Shown piece after piece: positions 40,774-50,581 of a stretch of DNA of 64,000 nucleotides; position 1 is the stretch's first letter; every line of letters starts with the position of its first letter. Both the position numbers and the translations under genes were made by a program. The stretch spans positions 64,001 through 128,000 of the forward strand of contig JAPDJH010000004.1 in assembly GCA_029259175.1 (NCBI GenBank), written 5' to 3'. The DNA is from Hadesarchaea archaeon. Lineage in GTDB: Archaea > Hadarchaeota > Hadarchaeia > Hadarchaeales > Hadarchaeaceae. The notes under the pieces are model-generated. The model was given only the letters and a program-made list of their open reading frames with translations, did no database searches and was not told the DNA's origin.

Positions 40774-41901
40774 CTACACCGGCTCCAAACCGAGCTCTGT
40801 TAGTTCTACTCGCTTCGGAGGCCTGCCGGCGGGACCCATCACGTAGGGAGAGTGAACCCCCGAGAGAACGACGAGCACACGAATCGCGTTCCGCATCTCT
40901 TCAGAAAGCTGGGCACCCCAAATCAAGTGCGCCTCGGGGTCAAGGACTTCCGAAACTTTGGCCACCACCCGCTCGGCTTCGGTGACGGTGAGATCCGGAC
41001 TCCCTATGACGTTCACCAGCGCGCCTTTGGCATCAGTGACGTCCACGTCTAAGAGCGGGCTATTGAGCGCTTCGGCGGCCGCTTCTTCCGCACGATTGGC
41101 GGAGTCGGACTCTCCTATACCGAGTGCAGCGATCCCGCTATCTTGCAACACAGTCCGGATATCGGCGAAGTCCAGATTCACGAGGCCAGGCTTGGTTATC
41201 AGCTCTGTGATCCCTTTGATGGCATCAGTGAGCACCTTATCCGCCACCTCAAAGGCGGCCCCCAGCGGGAGGTTGGGCGCGAGCTGGAGCAACTTGTCGT
41301 TGGGGATCACTATGACGCTGTCGGCGACGTCCTTAAGCTTGTTGAGTCCCTTCATGGCATTGTTTATCCTCCTGCTGCCCTCCACGGTGAACGGCAGGGT
41401 CACGACACCGACCGTTAGAGCCTTGAGCTTGCGCGCGACCTCCGCGACTATGGGCGATGCACCGGTTCCCGTCCCTCCTCCCAGTCCGCACGTGACAAAG
41501 ACCATGTCGGCCCCGTAGAGGTGCTCCTTGATAACGGACTCGTCCTCCCGGGCGGCCGCCTCGCCCTTCTCCGGATCGTTTCCCGCCCCCAGTCCCCCGG
41601 TGACTTCCTGGCCTATCAGTATCTTGCGGTCAGCGGCAGCATAGAGCAGGTCTTGGGCGTCGGTGTTGAGGGCAATGGTTTCAGCCCCCTCGATCCCCAC
41701 TCTCATCATCCGGGAGATGGTGTTGCAGCCGGCACCTCCACAACCGACCACAATTATTCTGGCCTTGGCTTTCCGGAGAATTTCTTCGAGCTCCTCCTGA
41801 GTCACCCCCTTCGGCGCAGCGGGAGCTCTTGCCTTCGGAGCTGGTGCTATGCCCGGCTTGAACGTGAAACCAGTCTTTGGACTGAAGCCACCCTCGGGCA
41901 C
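40774..41901 (-). CDS. ftsZ: cell division protein FtsZ
   Basis: [26 protein letters not shown]. Confidence 0.96.
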   Translation of the reverse strand: MPEGGFSPKTGFTFKPGIAPAPKARAPAAPKGVTQEELEEILRKAKARIIVVGCGGAGCNTISRMMRVGIEGAETIALNTDAQDLLYAAADRKILIGQEVTGGLGAGNDPEKGEAAAREDESVIKEHLYGADMVFVTCGLGGGTGTGASPIVAEVARKLKALTVGVVTLPFTVEGSRRINNAMKGLNKLKDVADSVIVIPNDKLLQLAPNLPLGAAFEVADKVLTDAIKGITELITKPGLVNLDFADIRTVLQDSGIAALGIGESDSANRAEEAAAEALNSPLLDVDVTDAKGALVNVIGSPDLTVTEAERVVAKVSEVLDPEAHLIWGAQLSEEMRNAIRVLVVLSGVHSPYVMGPAGRPPKRVELTELGLEPV

Positions 41902-41905
41902 CTGC

Positions 41906-42712
41906 TCACCTGCGTTCAGAGTTATCCCGCGTTTGATTTAAGTCTTTCTTGAGGAGGGTTCCGGCCTTTACGACGGGAATTCCGAGCCGCTCTCCCACCC
42001 GGTTGCAAATCTCGCGTTGCTCCGCCGATGCTCCCTTCCAGTCCACCACGATATACTGCACACCGCCCGCGGTCCGCTCGATGGCCAGCTGCAACAACTC
42101 GTCCGAGAGAGATGCGTACTTTGGTATGATGTGTCCAATACCGATGTCTGTCTCCAGCGATACGCGGGTAAAGAGGGGCGCGTAGTGTATGCCGCCCACA
42201 CCAACGGCCCTCGAACAGCGCTCGGGAGAGAGCGCTGCCAGAGCCGCTCGCGCAGCTGCTTCCCCAGCTCTCTCGTCCTTCCACTCTGCTGGCGTGCTTC
42301 CGACCTCGATGAAAGTTACGGGAAGGGAAAAATCGGCTGGGCCGTGGTGCGTGGCCTCAAGCGAAACTTGGTATCCGAGCCGCAGATCGTCATTTGCTCG
42401 CTGAAGTTCTAACAAAGCGGCTCTTATGGTCTGAGGAGAAGCGATGGCTATCCGGCGCTGGTCCAAGAGTCCGGGAACATGGGTTGTCAGCGATGGACGC
42501 CCCGATTCGCTGGCGTGGCGTGAGAGCACGACTATTTCGCTCGCATCGATGGGTGGTGAAGCTAATTCGGTGCTCTCGGTTTCGATCAACAGCAGTATTG
42601 CGCCCGGTCTCTCATAGCCGCGCATGGTCTTTTTAAACCCACCAAGTTCGATCAGTTTTTGCGCGATGTTTGCTGCAGCCGGGTCTGATTTGGAAGCGAT
42701 GATTAGCTTCAT
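41906..42712 (-). CDS. dtdA: D-aminoacyl-tRNA deacylase (archaeal DTD2)
   Basis: SRH, TTH, EATHHGP, FIEVGS, GGIHY, GHIIPKY; adjacent to ftsZ. Confidence 0.92.
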   Translation of the reverse strand: MKLIIASKSDPAAANIAQKLIELGGFKKTMRGYERPGAILLLIETESTELASPPIDASEIVVLSRHASESGRPSLTTHVPGLLDQRRIAIASPQTIRAALLELQRANDDLRLGYQVSLEATHHGPADFSLPVTFIEVGSTPAEWKDERAGEAAARAALAALSPERCSRAVGVGGIHYAPLFTRVSLETDIGIGHIIPKYASLSDELLQLAIERTAGGVQYIVVDWKGASAEQREICNRVGERLGIPVVKAGTLLKKDLNQTRDNSERR

Positions 42713-42797
42713 CCGCTAGACACTGGACGTTAAACAGTTAAATGTGTGCGTCATGGAGAGAAAGTACTAATAATATTCGAGCACACCAAGTTTTTGG

Positions 42798-43349
42798 ATG
42801 AACGTCCCGGCACTTCTTAGTCCAGAGCGTGAGTTCTATCTCATCAAAGAGAAGTTTTGGGACTGGGGCAGCGGGGACATCTACGATGAACGGGGAAACA
42901 CTATTGGACGAATGAAGCGCAAGGTGTTGTCCCTGCGCTCTCTAATAACTGTGATGGACCTAAACGGCGAACCCATTTTCACTATTAATCAAAAATTGGC
43001 GTCTTTGCGATCGTGTTTCGACATAAAAGACAAAGATGGGAGGTTGATCGGGAGGACTAAGAAGAAAATCCTCTCCTTGTTCAGGCCAAAGCTGTGGCTG
43101 GAGGACCAATTTGGTAACCAGATATTGGAGGCCCAAGGGTCGTTTGCTGGCTGGGATTTTGTAATTAGAGATAAAACGGGTAAAACGCTAGCCGAGGTCC
43201 GAAAGCTGGACAGGTGGCGCGATGTGTGGCTTGGCGGAGTTTTTGATTTTAGCGACACATATGCGGTCAAAGTTCTTGAGAAGAACTGCGATCGGCGGCT
43301 GGTGCTTGGATTCGTGCTTGCCATAGACAACAGCGTGCACGATAGATAG
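42798..43349 (+). CDS. LURP-one/Tubby-C-like (scramblase-like) protein
   Basis: Repeated beta-hairpin units (IxDxxG), DTY and C-terminal helix LAID. Confidence 0.8.
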   Translation: MNVPALLSPEREFYLIKEKFWDWGSGDIYDERGNTIGRMKRKVLSLRSLITVMDLNGEPIFTINQKLASLRSCFDIKDKDGRLIGRTKKKILSLFRPKLWLEDQFGNQILEAQGSFAGWDFVIRDKTGKTLAEVRKLDRWRDVWLGGVFDFSDTYAVKVLEKNCDRRLVLGFVLAIDNSVHDR

Positions 43350-43361
43350 TTCGCTGACAAA

Positions 43362-43386
43362 AAACAAATGAGCCTAGTGGGATTCG
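43362..43386 (-). repeat. degenerate direct repeat of the tRNA-Val 3' end (att-like site)
   Basis: aaacaaatgagcctagtgggattcg vs aaacaaatgggcccggtgggattcg at 44721-44745, 22/25 identical. Confidence 0.75.
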
Positions 43387-43428
43387 GTCGTTAGAAGGGT
43401 TGAGTGAGTAAAAATGAGCATTTTGGGG

Positions 43429-43734
43429 CTATCTGCGGCCCTTCTCCCGCCTGCTCTTGGAGGACAGCTCACGGAGGATCCGCTCGCCCTTCTCGGTCAA
43501 CATGTACTTGGAGGTCTGCTTACTCCTCCGCTCGAGGAGCCTGTCCACTAACCCCGCGGAGTAGAGGACGCCGACGTGGTAGGCGAGCAGCCCCCGCTCA
43601 ATCCCCAGCTTCCTGGCAAGGTCGTTGAAGTAGACGCCCTGCTCTCTCGCTATCTCGACGAACGCCCGCAGCCTGTGGGGGTTGTCCAGCGCCCGGTAGG
43701 CCATCAGCTTCTCGCGTACCTTCCGCAGATCCAT
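43429..43734 (-). CDS. ArsR-like winged helix-turn-helix protein
   Basis: ALDNPHRL, LAYHVGVL..AGLV, YMLTEKG; GGTGAGG SD. Confidence 0.82.
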   Translation of the reverse strand: MDLRKVREKLMAYRALDNPHRLRAFVEIAREQGVYFNDLARKLGIERGLLAYHVGVLYSAGLVDRLLERRSKQTSKYMLTEKGERILRELSSKSRREKGRR

Positions 43735-43835
43735 CCTCACCGCCGTTTGAATGTTGTTTTTCAAATATATAAATCTTTATCTGGTAAACTTTTCTTTATC
43801 TAAAGCCTTCCACTGCTTATACCGTCGCGCCAGTT

Positions 43836-44315
43836 TCAAACGACCTCCTCGACGGGAAGGAACCCGCGCTCGCCGAACCTCCCGTACGGGTACACGTGAC
43901 CGTGCACCGCGAGATGGATGAGGTAAACGTCGGTCAAGTAGCTGCGGGAGCGCCCGTGCAACGGGTGGTGCCGGTGGTGGACGAGGACCCTCAGCTTCGG
44001 GGCGATCCCCTCGTCCATGTGGAACTGCCCAAACTCCGTCGCGGAGCCCCACGACTCTACGTTGACGAACACTAGCTCCACGTCCCCGCGCCGTAGCATG
44101 CTCCGCTCGGCGAGGTCGGGTGCGATGTGGGGAGGGAAGTCGTCCTCGGGCACGAGGGCGATAATGCCCTCCCTCCTGAGTCTGCGCTTTATCCTGCGCC
44201 TCAGCTCGAGCCCGCGCCTGCCCGCCCCGAGAAGGACGACGATCAGGGAGGTCTCGTGGTACCTGCGCCTGAATTCCTCCTCGAGTTCGACGATCATCCT
44301 CCTGCTTATCGACAT
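43836..44315 (-). CDS. hypothetical protein, nucleoside 2-deoxyribosyltransferase-like fold (retron-effector-like)
   Basis: VVLLG...PED...E...VFVNVESWGSATEFGQF resembles the ESxGSxxELG motif. Confidence 0.55.
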   Translation of the reverse strand: MSISRRMIVELEEEFRRRYHETSLIVVLLGAGRRGLELRRRIKRRLRREGIIALVPEDDFPPHIAPDLAERSMLRRGDVELVFVNVESWGSATEFGQFHMDEGIAPKLRVLVHHRHHPLHGRSRSYLTDVYLIHLAVHGHVYPYGRFGERGFLPVEEVV

Positions 44316-44469
44316 TCGAAAGAACACCGTGGCGACTACAATTAAATTTTCCGTTAATTACGATCAGCACCTCCTTGGATTTCTCACGGGATCCACAAAC
44401 TCGTAAAACGAATCGCCGACCTCATACATATCATTTCCACGCCACAAAAGTCACAACCAGCAGTCTTCA

Positions 44470-44720
44470 GTTTTCGGCGAATGTTGGATTCGTAAGCCGC
44501 GCCGCGGAAATAGATCGAGGTGATGTCGTAAAAGACTGAGGAGCCTAAGCGCTTCAGCTCCAGTATAGGCCGAACTCGAGCCTGTAGGTCTCGTCTTCCG
44601 TGAGGCCGAGCGACTCGTAGAGCCTCCGATGCCGAGAGTCCACCGAAGCACGCACCCAATCCAAAGCGGTGGAAGTTCTTGACCATCTGGCTCAGGCTCG
44701 AGAACCTCAGCAAGCTGGCG
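44470..44720 (-). pseudogene. degenerate IS1634-like transposase fragment
   Basis: VFYDITSIYFRG matches the YDxTSxYFEG first-Asp motif; no intact ORF or termini. Confidence 0.45.
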
Positions 44721-44727
44721 AAACAAA

Positions 44728-44800
44728 TGGGCCCGGTGGGATTCGAACCCACGCTCTCCACCTCGTAAGGGTGGCGTCATAACCGCTAGACCACGGGCCC
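44728..44800 (-). tRNA. tRNA-Val(TAC), CCA not encoded
   Basis: GGGCCCG/CGGGCCC acceptor, CCACC-CTTACGA-GGTGG anticodon arm, GGTTCGAATCC. Confidence 0.96.
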
Positions 44801-44843
44801 GCTCCTCTTTAGCTCTCGTGTCAAAAAATCCTTTCTCATATTC

Positions 44844-45998
44844 TTAACCCACGACCATGATGATTTCCAGAACAACGATGGCCAGTATCAGCGCCAGCAT
44901 AGCGGTCTCCAAAAAATTGGAGCGCTGGACGTCTATCCGCGTCATCACCATGGTGTAGAGCTGCTGTAAGCGCTCTAATTTTTCGTTTACCAGCGCAAGC
45001 CAGTCCGAAATGCGCATCCGCTCGCTCGTGAGCCGGTAAAGCTTTCCCAAGTACCATTCGCCCGTAAGCTTTCCGATATTGCGAGCGTCTTCGATGAGAT
45101 CCATTACATCTATGCGGAACTCCGTCAGATCACCGAGTACGCGGGAGAGTTCGCGGTACTGGCGTCGTGTTAGCCACCACCGTAGCCCCGGGCCTTTGAG
45201 CACTTGGCGAAGGGTTGTGTACGCCCTCGAGATCTGCTGGTCGAGCAGGCGATCGTAGGTTTTGAGCTCAAGGAGCTGCACGAGGGCGAACTCGATTATG
45301 CGAACCAAGTCGTCCATATACTCAACAGCGCCGCTGATGAGAGCGGCATACCAGTCGACGATAACGATGTCCTCGGTGGAATAGCTAAGATAGAGCTTGA
45401 GAGCGTCCTCGATCTCTCGGACGTTCAAGACGCGCCACTCGAGTTCGCCACGGAGCACGCCCGTAGTCTGTTTTGCATAGTTCGTCCGGAAGTCCTCTGC
45501 GCTCAAGCGTGGTTCTGAATCGGTGATGAGAACCAAGCTGTAGATCTGTGGCTGTTCGAACGATGGATAAGGAAACAGGATGGCAGACGAGATGGTTTCG
45601 CGCAGTTTTCGGAAGTAGTCGAGCGGGATATCATCAAACACAATTTCGCCGCTCTCCACGCGAACGGTGTTTTCGTTCAAACGCACGAGCTTGATGAGAT
45701 CATCGAAAGTAATTTTTTGAAAATCGATGGAAATATACACTCCTATCACGCCGATGGGAAAAATGCGCCCCTCGATTGTCGCTTGGTGTCCATCGATCCG
45801 CATCGCTCCCAGCTGAACCTCGAGTGGATTCATCCCGTATTCCTCATATTTGGGCGCGAGAACGCGGTCTCCCTTTTGTCGAGGACGCTCTATGAGAGTG
45901 AGCTGGGATTTCGGAACACGATCAAGGTCGATATCCCCGCCCACATCGTAGAGATACTGGAAGATGACACGTCCGGTAAGCAAAGGCTCGTCCGGCAT
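44844..45998 (-). CDS. conserved hypothetical protein (RMND1/DUF155-like) with C-terminal TM helix
   Basis: YDVG, DIVIVDW, QLLELKTYD, GEWYLGKLY, LExxxxxLI C-terminus. Confidence 0.6.
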   Translation of the reverse strand: MPDEPLLTGRVIFQYLYDVGGDIDLDRVPKSQLTLIERPRQKGDRVLAPKYEEYGMNPLEVQLGAMRIDGHQATIEGRIFPIGVIGVYISIDFQKITFDDLIKLVRLNENTVRVESGEIVFDDIPLDYFRKLRETISSAILFPYPSFEQPQIYSLVLITDSEPRLSAEDFRTNYAKQTTGVLRGELEWRVLNVREIEDALKLYLSYSTEDIVIVDWYAALISGAVEYMDDLVRIIEFALVQLLELKTYDRLLDQQISRAYTTLRQVLKGPGLRWWLTRRQYRELSRVLGDLTEFRIDVMDLIEDARNIGKLTGEWYLGKLYRLTSERMRISDWLALVNEKLERLQQLYTMVMTRIDVQRSNFLETAMLALILAIVVLEIIMVVG

Positions 45999-46073
45999 AG
46001 GGCTCCAAATTACTCTATGTCTGATCAGTTTAACCTTTGCAAGAGGGGCTGAAAAAAGCCGCTTTTCCCATAT

Positions 46074-46625
46074 TCAGAACAGGACGATCGTTTGGGCCAG
46101 CAAGAAGGACAGAACCCCCAAGATATCAGCGATGGACGTTAGCAGTGGGCCCACGATGTTATCCGGATCGAGACCCCGCATGTATGAGAAGATGGCGATA
46201 AAAGTGGAGCTGAGGATCACCAGTGGTGTCAGGATGAGTCCAGTCAAGAAGAAAGTCGCGGCGAATGCCACCGGGTTGGCTAGGCCGCGCGCCCAAGCCC
46301 ATCCCCCGATCACCACCGAGATGACGAAGAAGGACGTGATTCCCGACTTTACAGAGTCGAGCATTCTCTCGCCGAGCGCGTGCTGTTTTTTGAGAGCGGG
46401 CTTCACTATTCCGAGGTGAAGGGCGGAGCCAAGTCTTGCACCCAGAATGCTCCCCACATTGCCCGCCATGCCGTTTATCGGAGGAATGAGCGCGAGAACA
46501 GCCGGGAGCATCACCATGCGCTCTAGATTCATCTGTAAAAACATGCCAGCGAAAATGGATAGGACGGCGCTGAGCAGGAGAGCGAGGGTGTTCTCCTTCA
46601 CGATTTTGCTAACGGACCCTACCAT
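46074..46625 (-). CDS. MgtE-type magnesium transporter membrane subunit
   Basis: GNVGSILGARL, LDPDN, TSIAD. Confidence 0.88.
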   Translation of the reverse strand: MVGSVSKIVKENTLALLLSAVLSIFAGMFLQMNLERMVMLPAVLALIPPINGMAGNVGSILGARLGSALHLGIVKPALKKQHALGERMLDSVKSGITSFFVISVVIGGWAWARGLANPVAFAATFFLTGLILTPLVILSSTFIAIFSYMRGLDPDNIVGPLLTSIADILGVLSFLLAQTIVLF

Positions 46626-47182
46626 CCCAACCACCCCACAAGCACAACCGCCAAGAAGATACACAGAATTGCAACGATGTCTCCCAGCGTTGTCATGAGC
46701 GGTGCTGTGACATTATCTGGATCCCACCGTCTGCGGTAGGCGACTATGGCGATGATCACCGTGATGGGAATCAAGATCAAGCCGGAGAGAATCCCAGCAA
46801 ACAGGGCGATGAAAACGAAAATGTAGGGAGGCCCCACCGCTTGATTGGCGAGAACACCGATCGTGAAAGAAAGAATTCCAACGGCGAAGGACGCCAGCAC
46901 GCTCACGATGATGGCTGATAGCACGTTGATTTTTAGTTCGTGGGTGATCGCGAGACGGGGCTTGATAGTCCCGAGATGTAGAGCCGTCCCTAGCCTCGAA
47001 CCCAGCGCGCATCCGATGTTGCCACGCATGTCGATGAGCGGGGGCACCAGAATGATGAGCCCAGGGAGGGCCTCCAGGCTATGCCTCATGTGTTCCAGCA
47101 CAGACCCTGCAGTGAGGTCTAGCAGAGCGCACGCAGAAAGAATGACGACTTGCTGGAAGAAGATCGATCTCTGGCCGCTCAT
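46619..47182 (-). CDS. MgtE-type magnesium transporter membrane subunit
   Basis: GNIGCALGSRL, WDPDN, TTLGD. Confidence 0.88.
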   Translation of the reverse strand: MSGQRSIFFQQVVILSACALLDLTAGSVLEHMRHSLEALPGLIILVPPLIDMRGNIGCALGSRLGTALHLGTIKPRLAITHELKINVLSAIIVSVLASFAVGILSFTIGVLANQAVGPPYIFVFIALFAGILSGLILIPITVIIAIVAYRRRWDPDNVTAPLMTTLGDIVAILCIFLAVVLVGWLGW

Positions 47183-47231
47183 CCTACAATTTTCTTCTGT
47201 GAACCATATATAGAGAAGCGGATTTCCCGGG

Positions 47232-47335
47232 TGGCGCCGGGGGCGGGATTTGAACCCGCGAGGCGCAACGCGCCACAGGGTTTTCGCGGCACTGCCTTAG
47301 CAACCCTGCGCCCTACCTGGCTAGGCTACCCCGGC
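47232..47335 (-). tRNA. tRNA-Ser(GCT) with 16-nt canonical 37/38 intron (47282-47297), CCA encoded
   Basis: GCCGGGG acceptor, long variable arm, CAGGG-TT-GCT-A|intron|A-CCCTG with BHB motif. Confidence 0.95.
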
Positions 47336-47392
47336 CCCGTTAGAACTACGGCTCGCTCGCTTTTTACCTTAACCCGGCCCCGCGCTCGTTCA

Positions 47393-47566
47393 CTAAATTT
47401 CTCCTCTCCTGAACTTTTCCACAAGCCGCTTTTTCTCTGGCGAGAGCGCCTTCCATAAGAAACGGTTGATCTCCTCCAGCCACTCCAATTTCTGTTTGGC
47501 CGAGAGCCTCGCATATTTTTTCAAAACCTCGGTGCCGGGATAGTGCTCAAACCCCTTTCTGCGCAC
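47393..47566 (-). CDS. 57-aa partner protein of the nucleotidyltransferase
   Basis: Manual translation MRRKGFEHYPGTEVLKKYARLSAKQKLEWLEEINRFLWKALSPEKKRLVEKFRRGEI; GTG start 2 nt after upstream stop. Confidence 0.7.
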   Translation of the reverse strand: MRRKGFEHYPGTEVLKKYARLSAKQKLEWLEEINRFLWKALSPEKKRLVEKFRRGEI

Positions 47567-47568
47567 GT

Positions 47569-48060
47569 CTAGCCCCCCCTCAGCTTGATCAGTTTTTGCA
47601 GGGCTTTGACATCGGCTAGATCCTGCAACCGCTTGGAACGCCGCTTCAGTGTTATCAGGTGGTCAAGGGAAATAAGAGGAATTCTCAGATCTCCTGCTTT
47701 TACGAGTTTCTTCTCTCGAAGCACCCGTGTCATATCTAAAGAGTGTTCTAGAATCACATCCACCTCCTCATAGGGCACCTTGGGGTTTCGGAAAGTGATG
47801 GCCCTCATGTGCTTCTCTTTCTTCCACCGTTGCAAATTTTCGAGTGTTAGACTCTCCCATCCGACCGGAATCCGCGGCAAATATCCTACTTTTCTCATTA
47901 CATTCACTAGCTTGCGCACGTTAGAGGGGCTCATTTCGATCAGGAGATCTAGGTCGGCGGTTGCCCGGGGGACTCCATGCAAGTTGACAGCTATTCCTCC
48001 GGCAACAACGTAGCGAACTCCCGCTCGGTTCAGCTCTTTTAGGATTTTTTCGTAGAACAC
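47569..48060 (-). CDS. DUF6036-like nucleotidyltransferase
   Basis: YVVAGGIAVNLHGVPRATADLDL, K..S.RLQDLAD; GTG start with GGTGA SD. Confidence 0.8.
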   Translation of the reverse strand: MFYEKILKELNRAGVRYVVAGGIAVNLHGVPRATADLDLLIEMSPSNVRKLVNVMRKVGYLPRIPVGWESLTLENLQRWKKEKHMRAITFRNPKVPYEEVDVILEHSLDMTRVLREKKLVKAGDLRIPLISLDHLITLKRRSKRLQDLADVKALQKLIKLRGG

Positions 48061-48096
48061 CGTTTCACCGACGGTATGGGCAGGTATAACTTTTTT

Positions 48097-48420
48097 GAGT
48101 GGCGGTGGGCGTGCCCAGGGTGGACGCCTTCCCCGCACGCCGTTTGCTGGTTCCGGACTCAATCCCGTTGACTGCCAGCACCGGACGTCCTGGCTACCCT
48201 TGCTCCCTTCCGGGCCTGGGGGATTCACCAGGTAAAGGCGGTTAGCCCACGACCCTCCGGCCGGGGCCCCGCCACCGCCGGCCCAGCAGGACGAGACCTC
48301 ATCGGCGGAGACCAGCGCGTGCGTGCGGTTCCAGCGCCGCCCCCGAGCTCTCGGCCCGGCATAAGGCGGATTTCCGGTTAACAGGGGACCGCCAGCCCCC
48401 CGCCTAGCCCACCGCCACTC
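48097..48420 (-). ncRNA. ffs: archaeal signal recognition particle (7S) RNA
   Basis: 5' GGTGGGCTAGGC...CCCCTGTTAACCGGAAA Alu domain, helix 6 GGAG loop, helix 8 CAGGCCCGGAAGGGAGCA, 14-bp terminal helix. Confidence 0.95.
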
Positions 48421-48669
48421 TAACTTTGGTCGAGATTCCTAAAACCATAGCGGTCGAATCGTGCGGCGCCGCTGTGTGGGCTCCGCGACCCAAATGAGGT
48501 TCTCGGGGTCTGCCTTCACCAATTGGATCAACAGGGTGAAACAAAAACATAAAGAACGCAATATTTTAGCGAAACGGAGACCCAGTCGATTCTTTTGTGT
48601 ATCGACAAACATTTCATTTATGCGCCCAGTACGATTCAACTTTGTTTTACTCTGGCATACTTTTTTATA

Positions 48670-48689
48670 CAAGTAAAACCAAGTAAAAC
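48670..48689. promoter_or_regulatory. tandem CAAGTAAAAC repeat, putative antitoxin operator
   Basis: Perfect 10-bp direct repeat just upstream of the abrB-like SD, plus inverted half-site GTTTTAC at 48644. Confidence 0.45.
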
Positions 48690-48701
48690 TATAGGAGGCC
48701 C

Positions 48702-48926
48702 ATGAAACGATTTGAGGTAAAAGTTAGCTCCAAGGGACAGTTGGTAATTCCCAAGGAGCTCAGAAAAAAGTATAAGATCAAACCAACATCCACGGTGGTG
48801 CTTCAAGAAGAAGAGGGCGGAATCAAAATCCTCGCCCCCGTGAACCTCGCAGACGTGTGTGGCAGCCTGCAAATCGACCGCAAGTGGGCAAAAAAGGCAA
48901 TAGAGAGGGATAGATCTGAATGGTGA
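48702..48926 (+). CDS. AbrB/MazE-family antitoxin
   Basis: VKVSSKGQLVIPKELRKK. Confidence 0.9.
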   Translation: MKRFEVKVSSKGQLVIPKELRKKYKIKPTSTVVLQEEEGGIKILAPVNLADVCGSLQIDRKWAKKAIERDRSEW

Positions 48927-49327
48927 AGATTTTACTTGACACAATGGCACTGATCGACATCTTGACAGACAGGCGCTTCAAGCGGCTGGCATCCTTCATA
49001 GACCAGGAGAAAATCCAAGCGGTGATTTCGACGATAAGCCTGACCGAGATTTTCAAAGTTGTAGGATCGAAAGACGAAATAAAAGCGAAAACACTGATCG
49101 ACTGGATTGTCGCCTCGAGGCTGGAGAAGAGAAGTGTCGACGTTTCGGTAGCGAAAAAGGCAGGAGAGCTCAAACTGCACTATAATTTGCCAACTGCCGA
49201 TGCCCTCATCGCCGCAACCGGAATTGTGAGTGGAGCTACTCACGTTGTGACGGAGGACGTTCATTTTCAAAGCGTGAAGTCCCTCATCAAACCCATTGGA
49301 TTGAAACAAGCGGAGCGAATGGTTTAA
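48920..49327 (+). CDS. vapC: PIN-domain (VapC) toxin
   Basis: LLDT, STISLTE, ADALIAAT, VTEDVHF. Confidence 0.9.
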   Translation: MVKILLDTMALIDILTDRRFKRLASFIDQEKIQAVISTISLTEIFKVVGSKDEIKAKTLIDWIVASRLEKRSVDVSVAKKAGELKLHYNLPTADALIAATGIVSGATHVVTEDVHFQSVKSLIKPIGLKQAERMV

Positions 49328-49447
49328 GGAGAACTCCTCGAGGTTTGCGATATTGAACTTGCATCGAGAAATCAAATCATGAAGAGATGCCGGGCTGACT
49401 ACCTCATTTTCCGCACCCCTTTGATGTTCACGATCACGGTGGGTTGT

Positions 49448-50386
49448 TTAGGAACCAGCTCCTATGTCCAGTTCCCCTAGCAGTTCACAGGCTTTGCACA
49501 GATCGGAGGACGTCGGCTCTCCGCATACCCTGCAGGTCTTGGGTCTAAACTCGGGAACCGCGGAAACCAGAAACGGCCTCATCCGATCAAACATCCGTAA
49601 AATCATAAACTTAGAATTCGGGTGATTCTCTTCTAGCCAGTTGATAAAATCACGTATCTCGAGATGAATGCCACCACGGTAGGGACATTCGCTCCAATCT
49701 GCCTCTATTCCTTTCAACAAAGCATAGAGGGCGATCTCTTTCTCGGGGATTTCGCGCATGGGTTTAATCCTCGGGACAAATCCTTCACGCGGTTGATAGA
49801 CGGGACCAAGTCGGTAGAGCCGAGCCAAGTCGCTCCGCACGTAGTTGAGCATGATCGCTTGCACCTCATCGTCCAGATTGTGTGCCGTCGCGAGCTTTGA
49901 TGCGCCGGACTCGCGCGCCGCACGATTCAAGAGTGATCTCCTAAGAACCCCGCAGTACGTGCACGCTCCCAAACCGCTTCCCTTTTCTTTAGCACGGGCG
50001 AGTATCTCATCGAGTGTGGCACCGAAACTCTCTTTGAAACTAACAATTCGATGTTCTATCCCCAGCGCTTCAGCATTTTTTCTAGCAACCGGAATGCCTC
50101 TATTCCGATATCCTGCTATCCCCTCATCCACTGTTATGGCCACCAGCTCACACCGTTTGCTCCTGCAGTACTCGGCGAGCAAGTGCATACACACCACCGA
50201 GTCCTTTCCACCTGAAACCGCAACGGCAACGCGCTCCCCCGGTTTGATCATGTTGTGTTTCCGGATCGCGCGATAGAATCTCCGCTCAACACTTCGGGCC
50301 AAGCAACGATCACAGAGAAAGTCACCCGTATACCGCCGGTGATAAACGGCCCGCCTCCCGCACGCCGTGCACCGCATGTCAGCCAC
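49448..50386 (-). CDS. ttuA: TtuA/Ncs6-family tRNA 2-thiolation protein
   Basis: CxxC zinc fingers, SGGKDS, CTYCGVLRR, AHNLDD. Confidence 0.92.
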   Translation of the reverse strand: MADMRCTACGRRAVYHRRYTGDFLCDRCLARSVERRFYRAIRKHNMIKPGERVAVAVSGGKDSVVCMHLLAEYCRSKRCELVAITVDEGIAGYRNRGIPVARKNAEALGIEHRIVSFKESFGATLDEILARAKEKGSGLGACTYCGVLRRSLLNRAARESGASKLATAHNLDDEVQAIMLNYVRSDLARLYRLGPVYQPREGFVPRIKPMREIPEKEIALYALLKGIEADWSECPYRGGIHLEIRDFINWLEENHPNSKFMILRMFDRMRPFLVSAVPEFRPKTCRVCGEPTSSDLCKACELLGELDIGAGS

Positions 50387-50579
50387 CCGTAACCACGGGC
50401 AGGATGGTTATCTGAGCCCCCTCTCTCAATGGCTCCTCTTCGGGGACTACACGCCCGTCCATGAAAACCACAACGGTTTCACGGGAGATCTTCAACTCTT
50501 TGAGCAGGTCCCACACCGTCGCTCCAGAATCCATCTCTACCTCCCGCTGCTCTCCGCGTCCCTTGATTTCCACCCGCAT
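50379..50579 (-). CDS. ThiS/MoaD ubiquitin-like sulfur carrier (TtuB/SAMP-like)
   Basis: ~66 aa ending PVVTGG, directly upstream of ttuA. Confidence 0.9.
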   Translation of the reverse strand: MRVEIKGRGEQREVEMDSGATVWDLLKELKISRETVVVFMDGRVVPEEEPLREGAQITILPVVTGG

Positions 50580-50581
50580 CC

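Noticed and set aside
47282-47297. tRNA-Ser intron as a novelty
   Set aside because: Canonical 37/38 BHB intron, common in archaea; used only as an internal control for cleavage geometry.
48061-48228. N-terminal extension of the nucleotidyltransferase ORF
   Set aside because: Reads through the SRP RNA; an SD supports the GTG at 48060.
48421-48640. Short hairpins upstream of SRP RNA (also 63000-63240)
   Set aside because: Weak, unrelated inverted repeats; no recognisable ncRNA.
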